A stretch of DNA of 64,000 bases from Thermoproteota archaeon (GCA_026986575.1 JALSOH010000009.1:96001-160000), one strand, 5' to 3'; shown: positions 19,887 through 29,350, counted from the stretch's first letter. The notes: generated by a model from the letters alone, not told the origin. Numbers and translations are program-made.

Positions 19887-20582
19887 ATGGTTTCCCTCTC
19901 CGATGCTCTCCTCTGGATCGTAGTTATAATCCTAGTATGGCAGCTCCCCAACAGGTTGCTGTCCAAGTTCGTAAGGAGGAGGGTTCAGGTAATGGACCCT
20001 CCGATATTCGGTCGGATACTGAACAGTTCCTTCCGGAAGTCTTTGCAACCACCTGAGAAGGTCCTGAGGAGGAGTGGGGTAAGGAGAGGGGAGACGGTCA
20101 TTGACCTGGGTTGCGGCAGTGGAGCACTCACGCTACCGCTGGCCGAGGCCGTGGGCCCGACAGGCCTCGTCCTAGCAATAGATATAAATGAATCCCTCCT
20201 TAGACAGCTTCTAGATGAATTATCGGGTCGATCGGACCTCAGCACTCGAGTAGAGGTGATACAAGCCTCGGCTCACGATCTGCCCCTCAGGGACTCCTCA
20301 GCAGATCGCTGTATAATGGTCTCCTCGCTGCAGGAAATCCCTGATAGATCGAGGGCACTGAAGGAGGTGGCGAGGATCCTTAGGGAAGGAGGAACCTTGG
20401 CAGTCACCGAGTTCTTCGTTGATCCGGACTTTCCTTTACTCTCAACCACAGTCAGGTTAGTTGAAGGGGCAGGATTCCGGGTGGAGGCCAAGGAAGGCAG
20501 CCCTTGGAGTTATACGGTTAGGTGCATCAAAACCTCCGTTGACTCGCGGGGTATCAACACACGGGAGCTACCGGGGAAATGA
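19887..20582 (+). CDS. Class I SAM-dependent methyltransferase (UbiE/Methyltransf_31-like) with N-terminal TM
   Basis: VIDLGCGSG motif I, VLAIDIN, SAHDLP, LKEVARILREGG. Confidence 0.85.
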   Translation: MVSLSDALLWIVVIILVWQLPNRLLSKFVRRRVQVMDPPIFGRILNSSFRKSLQPPEKVLRRSGVRRGETVIDLGCGSGALTLPLAEAVGPTGLVLAIDINESLLRQLLDELSGRSDLSTRVEVIQASAHDLPLRDSSADRCIMVSSLQEIPDRSRALKEVARILREGGTLAVTEFFVDPDFPLLSTTVRLVEGAGFRVEAKEGSPWSYTVRCIKTSVDSRGINTRELPGK

Positions 20583-20914
20583 TTGCCTGGCGACCTCGAT
20601 CCCCTTCGATGGGATGGGGGAATACTGGGAATGCGTGGGGGGATTCCAAGATACTACCCAAGCTCCTGAGGAAGTATCTCCCCAAGCCCTTGAACGATCT
20701 CCCGATACTCACTCCACCTTACTCAAGCATGTCAACCAGTTTACGTGTCGAAACCCAGCTGATCGTGCTTGCATCAGGAGGGGCGATCAATCGTGTCTCA
20801 AGAAAGTCCTTACGATTTAAGCTAAGGAACGATATCGATGAACCTTGAGTTCCTACTAACCAACCCGATGCCCCCGAGGAGGTAGGTGGTTCCCTCTCGC
20901 GATTTAACACCACA

Positions 20915-20961
20915 TTAATACAGGGTATTAAGTTTAAAAATGTATTACATTGCAGTATTAC
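20915..20961. promoter_or_regulatory. Putative RHH-antitoxin operator (GTATTA/TAATAC boxes)
   Basis: Palindrome TTAATAC-AGG-GTATTAA at 20915-20931, TATA TTTAAAAA, then GTATTAC at 20942 and 20955 just before ATG 20964. Confidence 0.6.
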
Positions 20962-20963
20962 AT

Positions 20964-21191
20964 ATGGGAACTGCGGTCCTGACGGTCAGGGTTCCGGAGA
21001 TGCTCAAGGAGGAGGTTAAGAGGTACAAGATTAACGTGAGCGAGGTTATCAGGAGGGCCTTGGAGGAGGAAATCAGGAGGAAGAAGCTTGAGGAGTTGAG
21101 AAGGAAGCTTACAGAGGTATCGGAGTTCTTGAGGGCGATACCAAGGGAGGAGTGGGTGAGACTCATAAGAGAGGGCAGGGAGGAGCATTGA
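20964..21191 (+). CDS. vapB: Ribbon-helix-helix (CcdA/CopG-like) antitoxin
   Basis: MGTAVLTVRVPEMLKEEV...INVSEVIRRALEEE...IREGRE. Confidence 0.85.
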   Translation: MGTAVLTVRVPEMLKEEVKRYKINVSEVIRRALEEEIRRKKLEELRRKLTEVSEFLRAIPREEWVRLIREGREEH

Positions 21192-21613
21192 GAGTACTGC
21201 TGGATGCCACGGCGATAGTCGCCATTCTGCTGAGTCCTCCTTCGAAACCTGAAGGCTTAAACGAGCTGTCCACCTTAGATCTGGCCTTTTATGAGGTGGG
21301 AAATGCCATATGGAAGGCCGTGAGACTTGGTAAATCCTTGGATGAGGGGAAGGAGATCAAGGCCATTGGGATATTGGAGGAGCTCATGGAGAATCTTAGG
21401 GTGATCCCTTTCAGGGAGATTCGTGCTAGCAGGATAGTGGAGGTGGGGATTAAGAGGGGCCTCACCTTCTACGACTCCTCCTACTTGGTGACGGCCCTCG
21501 ATAGGGGAATGACGCTGGTCACGGACGATAGGAAGCTTTCGGCGGCGTCTATGGAGGAGGGCGTTAAGGTAATCGGCTCTGATCGGCTGCTGGCCCTGCT
21601 CAACTCCTCGTAG
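21188..21613 (+). CDS. vapC: PIN-domain toxin VapC
   Basis: TTG start overlapping the antitoxin stop; VLLDATAI...FYEVGN...TFYDSSY...LVTDDRKL. Confidence 0.85.
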   Translation: MRVLLDATAIVAILLSPPSKPEGLNELSTLDLAFYEVGNAIWKAVRLGKSLDEGKEIKAIGILEELMENLRVIPFREIRASRIVEVGIKRGLTFYDSSYLVTALDRGMTLVTDDRKLSAASMEEGVKVIGSDRLLALLNSS

Positions 21614-21959
21614 CCCTTGTGGCATGATCTAGAAGGGAGTTAAGATACCTCTCGAAAGGTTTTCCCCACCGAGGGAGGCATCAATTGAATCGCTCATTGA
21701 GCTCGCAGATAAAGGCTCGAAACTTCTAATCGAGGAGGCTACCTGCCCAAACATGTCAATCTAGCTGGATTTCCCTATTTGAGACCTGAACCAATTAAGG
21801 CCTCGCTACGGGCCAATTCCCCCTCCAAACGACTTCGAAGGAGTGAGCGAATGCAGTTAGTTAGCACAAGTGCTAAGGTCAATCGAAATGATGAGCCGTA
21901 GACCAACTAACTAACCCGATCCCCCAGATTGGGAAGGCGGTTCCTTCGTGGGAATGAGA

Positions 21960-22330
21960 CTATTGATCCGTTCGGCCGAGGTTGTCTATTATAAAATTCA
22001 TGAGCTCCTCGGCCGTCCTCACAATATCTCTGGCCTCTTCCTCTGTGAAGAGCACTCCCCTGTGATCCGCATACTTCCTCAGGTTGAACAGGTTGAGAAA
22101 CTCTAATCTCACCTGCTTGGCTCTCTCCTCCCCAACAACCTCTCTGAGGCTTCTATAGACGGCATTAGCGATCTTATCGTCCTTACTCGTCCTCAGGGAA
22201 AGGAAATGCTCAGCGGTGAGCCTCACGGAGAAGTAAGCAGCCGACACCGCCTTATTGTAGGATCCCGTGCCTGAGATCCTCCTTGGCCTCGGAGATGAGG
22301 ACTCCAGCCTTCTCTAACTTCGATATCCTC
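21960..22330 (-). pseudogene. HEPN-domain gene, frameshifted
   Basis: SKLEKAGVLISEAKEDLRHG in one frame continues as GSYNKAVSAAYF...LRKYADH (Rx4H) in another; one extra G near 22265. Confidence 0.7.
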
Positions 22331-22599
22331 TCCTCCTTCCGAGATGAATGCCTCGACGGCATCCCTCTCCCACTTCCCCGCCACCAGCGGATTTATCCTC
22401 TCATCTACCTCCAGGGCGATCTCCAGCACCCTCCTCACGTCGTCCCTATCGAACCCATCCAGGACCACGAGCACGTTGGAATCGTAGACTGATAGATTAG
22501 GGGGGGTAAAGCTATTATCCTTATGAGCCTCCTTCCGAAGGCCTCCCTCAGCCTCCGGGCGAACTCCATCAGCGACTCCGACCAGCTGGGCAGCTCCAT
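22254..22599 (-). pseudogene. Divergent minimal nucleotidyltransferase-like gene, frameshifted in a C7 run
   Basis: MELPSWSESLMEFARRLREAFGRRLIRIIALPP then a shift to PNLSVYDSNVLVVLD...RINPLV; one added C at 22500-22506 restores the frame. Confidence 0.65.
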
Positions 22600-22816
22600 C
22601 TCTATGACTATCGGTAGCACAATCGGGAATGCTCCCAGGGGGAGATAAACTTTTCGCCGAATATCGTACGCTAGGTCCCTGAGAGGCCTTTTGGCTCAAC
22701 AACTATCTCTCCCGAGGCCCATGCGTGAGATGCGGGGACGTTCGAAAGGATCAGATGCATCGTCAACTAAGGGGTACATGCTCATTAGGGGAGCAGTGGA
22801 TAGCTATGGAGAGGTA

Positions 22817-22874
22817 GGGGAAAGTGCCGAAGGACACGCTGGAGTGGCTGTTCCAGTTCGTTCCTGACCTTAAG
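22817..22874 (+). repeat. 58-bp direct repeat, copy 2 (intergenic copy of livF internal sequence)
   Basis: 57/58 identical to 19074-19131. Confidence 0.9.
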
Positions 22875-23015
22875 GGATCCCGGACATAAAAGGAGCCCTG
22901 AGCGCGTGGGGGAACCAATAAATCACCCTTTAGGTCGGCTTGGGTAATCGCTACCCCTCGGTTACTGCGACGCTGCAACTCTGTTAAGCCGTCAAGTCAA
23001 TCTGGCTTAAGTGAG

Positions 23016-23672
23016 CTAGTCCTCGACTACGGGCCTTATCTCAACCCCCAGCCTGTTAGCGGTCTCCCAGGAGCTGCGATCCACGAAACCACCTATGATG
23101 AGTAGCTTGGGCTTCATCCCATACTTCCTCTCGTAGAGTAAGCCTATCCTGTACAACTCCGCCACATCCCCCCTCGACACCCTAGACTTGACCTCCACCA
23201 GGATGTGGGTGTCGTCCCTTATGACCACGTCCACCTCCACGTCCGAGGGGTGGCCGTAAACCAGGCCCTCATCGTCCCTCAGGACCAGCCTCGAGACCTC
23301 GGCGACTCCCAGCACTTCCTCCACCACGTACTTCATTCCCTCCCTGAAGGAGGACTCGGATATAACGCCGAACCTGTGGGCTATTACCGTCAGGACCCTC
23401 CTGGTATCCCTCATCTCCTCCTCCAGCCTGGTCTGCCTCTCCTCCAGCCTCGCAAATTTTTCCTCTAGCTTGACGAATCTCTCTTCTAGTGTAGCGAATC
23501 TCTCCTCCAGCCTGGTCTGCCTCTCCTCCAGCCTCGCAAATTTTTCCTCCAGCGACGTTATCCTATCCAGTATTTCCCTGTAACCAAGCAACCCAGCTAC
23601 AGCGTAGCGGAACTCTTGATCCTCCTCCAAAGCCTTGATTAACTTCCTCTTCTCCTCGGCCGAGAGCGACAT
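23016..23672 (-). CDS. Coiled-coil + PD-(D/E)xK nuclease-fold protein (paralogue of 13965..14651)
   Basis: ALEEDQEFRYAVAGLLG, heptad repeats, near-identical C-terminal IAHRFGVISESSFREGM...EVDV...ILVEVKSRVS. Confidence 0.85.
   Translation of the reverse strand: MSLSAEEKRKLIKALEEDQEFRYAVAGLLGYREILDRITSLEEKFARLEERQTRLEERFATLEERFVKLEEKFARLEERQTRLEEEMRDTRRVLTVIAHRFGVISESSFREGMKYVVEEVLGVAEVSRLVLRDDEGLVYGHPSDVEVDVVIRDDTHILVEVKSRVSRGDVAELYRIGLLYERKYGMKPKLLIIGGFVDRSSWETANRLGVEIRPVVED
23418..23549 (-). repeat. Intragenic 48-bp exact duplication with 84-bp (4-heptad) period
   Basis: 23418-23465 equals 23502-23549; encodes EEKFARLEERQTRLEE twice. Confidence 0.85.
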
Positions 23673-24150
23673 CTCTAGTGATGACTCGCTTCCTCCTACT
23701 TAAAGTGTTCTGCTCGGGGGGCTGGAGGATGAGAGATTTCAAGACAATACTCCACGTAAAGTTGAGATCCGTACTCGTGCTGAGCGAGGAGGAAAAGTAA
23801 GCGGCGTTAGCCAAACCCCCACTTACCCTCTCGATTTCGGGGAGTATTAAAAAGAGAGTTACTCTTCACTTTTCACGCGTTTTTAAGCTTTGATCACAAC
23901 ACTCGTGTGCTCTACGCGAGAATGGCTGTTTGCATAGATCTTCTACAATCTCAACCCGGTTTCTAGCCTGTGGAATTCGAGGTAAAGGAATACGCCTCTC
24001 CTAGGATAAGTGCGATGAGATCATTCGAAGCATAAACCATCGCATTAGACTCTCGATCATGTAAAGTATCTGTATTTGTAGGAGAGACGCGAGGACTAAT
24101 TGACCCACGGCCTCGTAAAGTTTATTTGAACAAATATCCAGACGAGAAAG

Positions 24151-25035
24151 ATGCGAGGTCTACTTCTAATTGTGATTATACTAACCCTGCCCTTGACCTT
24201 GGTAGGTGCTTCTCCTACCGTGAACTTCCTGTCCTATCACGACGGCTTCATCGCAGCCGAGGTGGAGGAAAGAGGGCTCAGATGGGTCAACGTGTACACG
24301 GAGGACATGCATCTTGTGTGGTCCTCAGCGAAGGCGAGGTTTGTGGAGTTCAACTGGTCATCGTCGGGAGCCATAGCAGTCAGGCTGTGCGACGGTCCCT
24401 GCTACAATGTCAACTGGCAGCGCGTCCAAGTGTATGACCCCGCAACAGGCCGCTCTTGGAACTCCAGCGAGGCCAGATTTGTCAGGTTCCAGTGGTCTAG
24501 TAATGGAAAGCTCGCTGTAGTGCTCTGGCTGACCCCCTGCCCGGATTACAGCAAGCATTGGATGGAACTGTACGATCCCTCCTCGGGCCAGAGCTGGAGG
24601 ACCGAGTACAGGGGATTCATCTACGCTCAGTGGTCCCCTTCGGGGGAGATAGCCGCTGTGGTGAGGGACGAAAGGGGATACCACTTGGAGGTCCTCGACG
24701 ACCACCTTAAATTGAAGTGGTCCAGCCCGCCAGCTAGGGTCGTGGATTTCGAGTGGTCAAAGGATGGTAAGCTATTGGTGAGGCTGGAGTTCAATGGTAC
24801 CAAGGTCCTCCTTCTCAGGAACGGTGATTCAGTTGAGGAACTCGCGAGGGGAAGGGAGATACATTACGCTTGGTCTGATGACGGGAACCTCGTATACAGC
24901 GTGGGAGGGAAGATAAGGTCGGTGAGGTTCTCCCGACTACCCGGCTGGATAGTTATGCTCCTAGCGGGCGCCGCCCTGATGATCTTGGCCAAGGTGGTGA
25001 GGAGGTCATCGGAGGGAGCACAGGAAAACAAGTGA
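24151..25035 (+). CDS. Secreted, membrane-anchored beta-propeller-like protein
   Basis: Signal peptide; about 5 repeats of (F/Y)xWSxxGxxxV (FNWSSSG, FQWSSNG, AQWSPSG, FEWSKDG, YAWSDDG); C-terminal TM. Confidence 0.75.
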   Translation: MRGLLLIVIILTLPLTLVGASPTVNFLSYHDGFIAAEVEERGLRWVNVYTEDMHLVWSSAKARFVEFNWSSSGAIAVRLCDGPCYNVNWQRVQVYDPATGRSWNSSEARFVRFQWSSNGKLAVVLWLTPCPDYSKHWMELYDPSSGQSWRTEYRGFIYAQWSPSGEIAAVVRDERGYHLEVLDDHLKLKWSSPPARVVDFEWSKDGKLLVRLEFNGTKVLLLRNGDSVEELARGREIHYAWSDDGNLVYSVGGKIRSVRFSRLPGWIVMLLAGAALMILAKVVRRSSEGAQENK

Positions 25036-26538
25036 AGAGGGCTCCCTCAACTTCCTGACGAGGTCCACCACGTAAAGGAACTCCACGCCCCTGTCAAGGG
25101 AGTGTACAAGGTACACAAGAGGAAGAGACAGTCCAGCCGAGGAAATAATCCTCTCTCTCATCCCCATAACCTTTGAGGGATCTCTCAGCACCTCCCTCAT
25201 CCCATCTATGAGGTCATCAGCCACCCCACTCCTCTCCAGCAGATCCGCAAGTAGCGAAATTCCTTCCTCCCTAGACAGCCTCCATAGCTCGTCGTACCTC
25301 ATTCCCGTGGAGTTGCGAAAGCCCAAGTTATCCTTGCAAATATCCAATAGTGGGCCTAGGTGGGCGCATATCGTAGTGAGCTGAGTAAGGGCCCCATTCT
25401 CCAAGAGGAAATCGCTTATCAGTTCCAGCCACTCCCAACTCATATCCACAAGCCGAAGCTTTTTACCCGTGAGCCTGTCCACGATCTCGAACTCCTCTAT
25501 TGAGGGGACGATCCCCATTTCCAGAACCCTCTCCTTAGCGTATGATGTAGCGGCGATCATCAGAGCGACCAGGGGATCCTCCAGCTCCGTCCCGAAGGAG
25601 CGGTAAACGTACCTCACCGTCCAGACCTCGTACCTAAGCAATTCAACGTTCATCTCCAAGTCCAATGGATCCCTGATGTGGGGGATCTCCATCCTCATCA
25701 GTTCCAGGAGCGAGAGATGTGCTAGGGGCAGTATCGGGAGCTTGAGACCGCAGACCACTCCTACCATGGAGAGTAACCCTTCTGCAGCCCTCTCCCCCAT
25801 TTCGGTCCTCCTCAACCTGTCCACAAGATCTGGCAGTGCGTGGATGGGTTCTCCCAGACATCCCTTCAAGAGAGCAGCGAGGAGATTCACCACGGTCAGG
25901 AGCTCCTCCGCTCCCCTGACCACCTTCCTTCCATTTGTCTCTGGCCTGCCTAGTGTAGGGGAACCCTCCCAGTAGACATACCTCTTGGATACCTCTGGAT
26001 AGAAGGCGCTAACTAGTTCGGAGGCAGCGTAAACCGGGGCGTGATAAATTCCACCACCACTTAGATCCACTAGGAGGAGCTTCTCGGATGGCATGTCCCT
26101 CAGTTCGTCCTCCAAGAACAGCATGATCCTGAGGGTCATCCAGAGCAGATCTCCTTGGAACTCCACGGCCTCACCGTCGATCTCCCACCTGCCAGTGCAC
26201 TCCAAGGGAACCACTCGAGTTTCGGCCATCAGCGACCGACCGTACTCCTCCTTGAATATCCTATCTATTGGTTCTCCGTTCAATCTGCTCATCCTCAGCA
26301 CGTTCCTGATCTCATCCCTGACCCTCTCCACCAAGCCATCGAGATCCCTGAGCTCCCTCAATCTTGCGGTGCAGTGGGGAACGAACACTAGGACCTTGAC
26401 CCTAGGAGAGCCGAGGAGGTCTACCACGTCAGCCACGAAGGGAATTGAGGTCTCAACTATCCCCCGGACCGTTTGGAACCTTGACCACTTTTGCCCTCCC
26501 CTGTACACGTATACTACTAAAGAGGAGTTTTCCATCAT
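25006..26538 (-). CDS. Csx1-like CARF-domain protein with degenerate HEPN motif
   Basis: Csx1-like layout: KVLVFVPHC, VVPLECTGRW...VEFQGD, LLLVDLSGGGIY (cf. LDLTHGINF), LKLPILPL, C-terminal RERIISSAGLS (cf. RNFIAHAGL). Confidence 0.6.
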   Translation of the reverse strand: MMENSSLVVYVYRGGQKWSRFQTVRGIVETSIPFVADVVDLLGSPRVKVLVFVPHCTARLRELRDLDGLVERVRDEIRNVLRMSRLNGEPIDRIFKEEYGRSLMAETRVVPLECTGRWEIDGEAVEFQGDLLWMTLRIMLFLEDELRDMPSEKLLLVDLSGGGIYHAPVYAASELVSAFYPEVSKRYVYWEGSPTLGRPETNGRKVVRGAEELLTVVNLLAALLKGCLGEPIHALPDLVDRLRRTEMGERAAEGLLSMVGVVCGLKLPILPLAHLSLLELMRMEIPHIRDPLDLEMNVELLRYEVWTVRYVYRSFGTELEDPLVALMIAATSYAKERVLEMGIVPSIEEFEIVDRLTGKKLRLVDMSWEWLELISDFLLENGALTQLTTICAHLGPLLDICKDNLGFRNSTGMRYDELWRLSREEGISLLADLLERSGVADDLIDGMREVLRDPSKVMGMRERIISSAGLSLPLVYLVHSLDRGVEFLYVVDLVRKLREPSSLVFLCSLR

Positions 26539-26912
26539 ACTTGGTCAGGGTGGATAACTAATAAACTTGGATGCCTTTCGCGCAAATAACAAAAATGACA
26601 GGTGCAGCTTCACTCAATCGGTTTTTCTTTTTACACATAAATTTTTTACGCGCATGCGCCTGAACCGAGGCGACTATTAAAATGCAATTCGTTTTCTATA
26701 TACAGCCAGAATACATAAGAAGGTATCTCTAAAGCGTTTAGTTCATGCAAATGTATTCCTAGGATCGGGCAGCTTAGAAAGATTGGATGAGCTCTAGGAC
26801 GTGCGTCTAGTACCTATCTGCGAAACGGCATGCACAACCAACGGGACCTTTGGGTAATGGTGCCTACGAGTCAACGATTTTAAGAAATGGTATCCGGAGG
26901 CAGGGAAGACCA

Positions 26913-28121
26913 ATGGTAGATCCCGTACTGAGTTTCGCTATCTCGGTGGCTATACTCGTAGGACTTCTGATCAGGAAGCAGGAGGTTCACGTTGCGATAA
27001 TGGCTTCCACCTTGGTGTTCGGCCTGCTCACCTTAGGGGCGGGGATGATAGACTCCACCGTTAAGGGGATCCTCACCTACTCCACTCTGAAGCTGTTCAT
27101 AGCCTTCTTCTCGGCCCTGTTCCTCTCCTACATGATGAAGATCGCTGGAATCCTCGATAAGATGACTCGGCTGTTCGCCAGCCTGAGCTGCAACTTCGCC
27201 TCCATATTCGTCCCTTCTCTGGTGGGACTCATTCCCATGCCCGGCGGCGCCTTGGTTTCAGCCATGATGCTCAAGGAGCACTACTTGGAGAGGCAGGGGC
27301 TGGATAGCGACTTCGCCTCCTTTCTAAACTACTGGTTCAGGCACATATGGGTGCCCGTCTGGCCCCTGTTCCAGGCTCTCATACTGACTGCAGTCATACT
27401 AAACACACCTATAGTGAGGGTAATTGAATCAACCTTTCCCGCAGCGATCGCGACGATAGGGGCGGGCCTAATCATCTCCTACCCACTATTGAGGAGGAGA
27501 GCAAGGAGTTGTGAGGAGAGGGTTGGCAGCAGGTGGAAACTAGTGGTAGCGGGATGGCCCTTCCTCCTCGTCGTGATCCTAGTCTTCGTGGTGAGGCTCC
27601 CTGTAGAGTTCGCCCTCCTGATCACTGCCTTGGCGACCGCAGCATATGCGAGACCCTCCAAGGACAGGCTGGTGGAGGGTGTGAGGTTCGCCCTCTCCCC
27701 CAAGATCCTCTTGGTGATAGTGGCGGTTATGATGTACAGGCAGTACGTGTTCGACAGCCGTTCAGCCGATGCCCTCCTGAACTTCATGGTCTCCCATGGT
27801 ATTCCGATAATGCCCGTAGTTTTCACCCTCCCCTTCGTCATAGGCGCCACTACTGCTGGGGAGTTCGTGTTCGCCGGGACCGCTTTTCCCCTCCTGATCA
27901 ATGTGCTGGGGACCGGTAAGGCGATAAATGACCTGGCGCTTCTGGTGGGATATACAGGGGGCTACATAGGGGTCATGCTCTCCCCCGTGCACCTCTGCCT
28001 AATACTTACACTGGAACACTACGGTGGGAGGTATTCAGGCGTCTACAAGTACTTAGTGCCTGCCTCCATTCTATCCGTGATGATCTCCCTCGCTCTGGGG
28101 GTGGTCCTGTGGGGAAGGTGA
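26913..28121 (+). CDS. DUF401-family (ion-transporter superfamily) membrane transporter
   Basis: PSLVGLIPMPGGALVSA, NYWFRHIW, GVMLSPVHLCL; about 11 TM. Confidence 0.85.
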   Translation: MVDPVLSFAISVAILVGLLIRKQEVHVAIMASTLVFGLLTLGAGMIDSTVKGILTYSTLKLFIAFFSALFLSYMMKIAGILDKMTRLFASLSCNFASIFVPSLVGLIPMPGGALVSAMMLKEHYLERQGLDSDFASFLNYWFRHIWVPVWPLFQALILTAVILNTPIVRVIESTFPAAIATIGAGLIISYPLLRRRARSCEERVGSRWKLVVAGWPFLLVVILVFVVRLPVEFALLITALATAAYARPSKDRLVEGVRFALSPKILLVIVAVMMYRQYVFDSRSADALLNFMVSHGIPIMPVVFTLPFVIGATTAGEFVFAGTAFPLLINVLGTGKAINDLALLVGYTGGYIGVMLSPVHLCLILTLEHYGGRYSGVYKYLVPASILSVMISLALGVVLWGR

Positions 28122-29350
28122 GGATCCTCTACGGGGACAGGCCCATACACCTCGATATCCCGGATGAGAATCTGCTGGGGGTCTACGGTATAAAGGTCCC
28201 TCCTCAAGTTGATGTGGACGAAATGCTGGAGAAGGCACTGGATTCTCCGGTTAACAGCGATCGGTTGGAGGAGATCAGGGCTTCCGAGGTGCTCATAGTG
28301 GTGAACGACTCCGCCAGGCTCACCCCCACTCCTAAGATGCTGGATCACGTCCTTCCTAGGTTGGAGGGGGATGTAAGGATCATAGTCGCCACAGGGACCC
28401 ACAGGCCACCTACCGAGGGGGAGTACAGGGGGTTGATACTGGGACACCACTACGACAGGCTGAGGAGGGTGACGACATATCATGACTCGAAGAGAAGCGA
28501 GTTCACCGATCTGGGAAGGACTGCGAGGGGAACCCCCATCCTGATAAACTCGGAGGTCTTCAGAAACGATCTCGTAATCACTTTGGGTTCGATAGAGCCC
28601 CACTACTTCGCTGGCTATACTGGAGGTAGGAAGAGCATCGCACCAGGCCTGTGTGCCTACGAATGCGTCGAGGCAAACCACAAGATGGCGCTCCTTCCCG
28701 AGGCGGCTCTGGGAAGGCTCAGGGGAAACCCGCTGCACGAGGATCTGGAGGAGATGGTCAGGAGGGTGGCGGGAAGGGTTAAGGTCTTCTCCCTGAATGT
28801 GGCCATCACCGGTGAGGGGAGGACGTGGGCCGCTAGGTCAGGCGACATATTCGACTCCTTCTATTCCCTCGTCGAGGAGGTTGAGAGCAGGTACTCGGTG
28901 GAGCTGCCCGAGCAGGCGGACATAGTTGTGGCCGTGGCCCCAGGAGAGATGGGAATAGACCTCTATCAGTCCCACAAGGCGCTGGAGGCTGCCAAGCCCT
29001 TGGTGAGGGAGGGCGGCGTGGTCATACTCGTCGCGCCCTGCTGGGACGGCATCGGACCCAGAAACTTCTACGACCTCCTGGCCGGAAGGAGCAGGGAGGA
29101 GATCAAGGAATATGTCTGGAAGAATTACAGGCTCGGCTATCACAAGTCCGCGAAGATAGTGGAGCTACTGGATAGGGCGGAGGTGTACGCGGTTACCTAC
29201 TTGAGCCCGGAGGTCCTCGAGAGGATAGGATTCAAGCCTTTCTCCAGTCCGCAGGAGGCGTTGAACGAGGCCCTGGCCAAGGTGGGCGGGAAGGTGGCCG
29301 TCCTGCCCGAGGCGAGTTTGGTCGTGCCCCGGCTGAGGACTAAACGTTAA
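28109..29350 (+). CDS. larA: Nickel-pincer-dependent lactate racemase family protein (LarA homologue)
   Basis: NDSARLTPT, ATGTHRP, IEPHYFAGYTGGRKSIAPG, NH, GNPLHED, DLYQSHKA. Confidence 0.9.
   Translation: MGKVRILYGDRPIHLDIPDENLLGVYGIKVPPQVDVDEMLEKALDSPVNSDRLEEIRASEVLIVVNDSARLTPTPKMLDHVLPRLEGDVRIIVATGTHRPPTEGEYRGLILGHHYDRLRRVTTYHDSKRSEFTDLGRTARGTPILINSEVFRNDLVITLGSIEPHYFAGYTGGRKSIAPGLCAYECVEANHKMALLPEAALGRLRGNPLHEDLEEMVRRVAGRVKVFSLNVAITGEGRTWAARSGDIFDSFYSLVEEVESRYSVELPEQADIVVAVAPGEMGIDLYQSHKALEAAKPLVREGGVVILVAPCWDGIGPRNFYDLLAGRSREEIKEYVWKNYRLGYHKSAKIVELLDRAEVYAVTYLSPEVLERIGFKPFSSPQEALNEALAKVGGKVAVLPEASLVVPRLRTKR

Noticed and set aside
20579-20848. 89-aa ORF overlapping the methyltransferase stop (ATGA)
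   Set aside because: No recognisable motif and atypical composition; may be spurious.
21856-21915. Possible C/D-box sRNA (ATGATGA at 21888) within small inverted repeats
   Set aside because: No correctly spaced CTGA D/D' boxes; the 7-9 bp palindromes alone are weak evidence.
19131-22817. Integrated mobile element bounded by att sites
   Set aside because: No integrase, and the second repeat is not followed by a displaced livF 3' end; kept only as a repeat finding.
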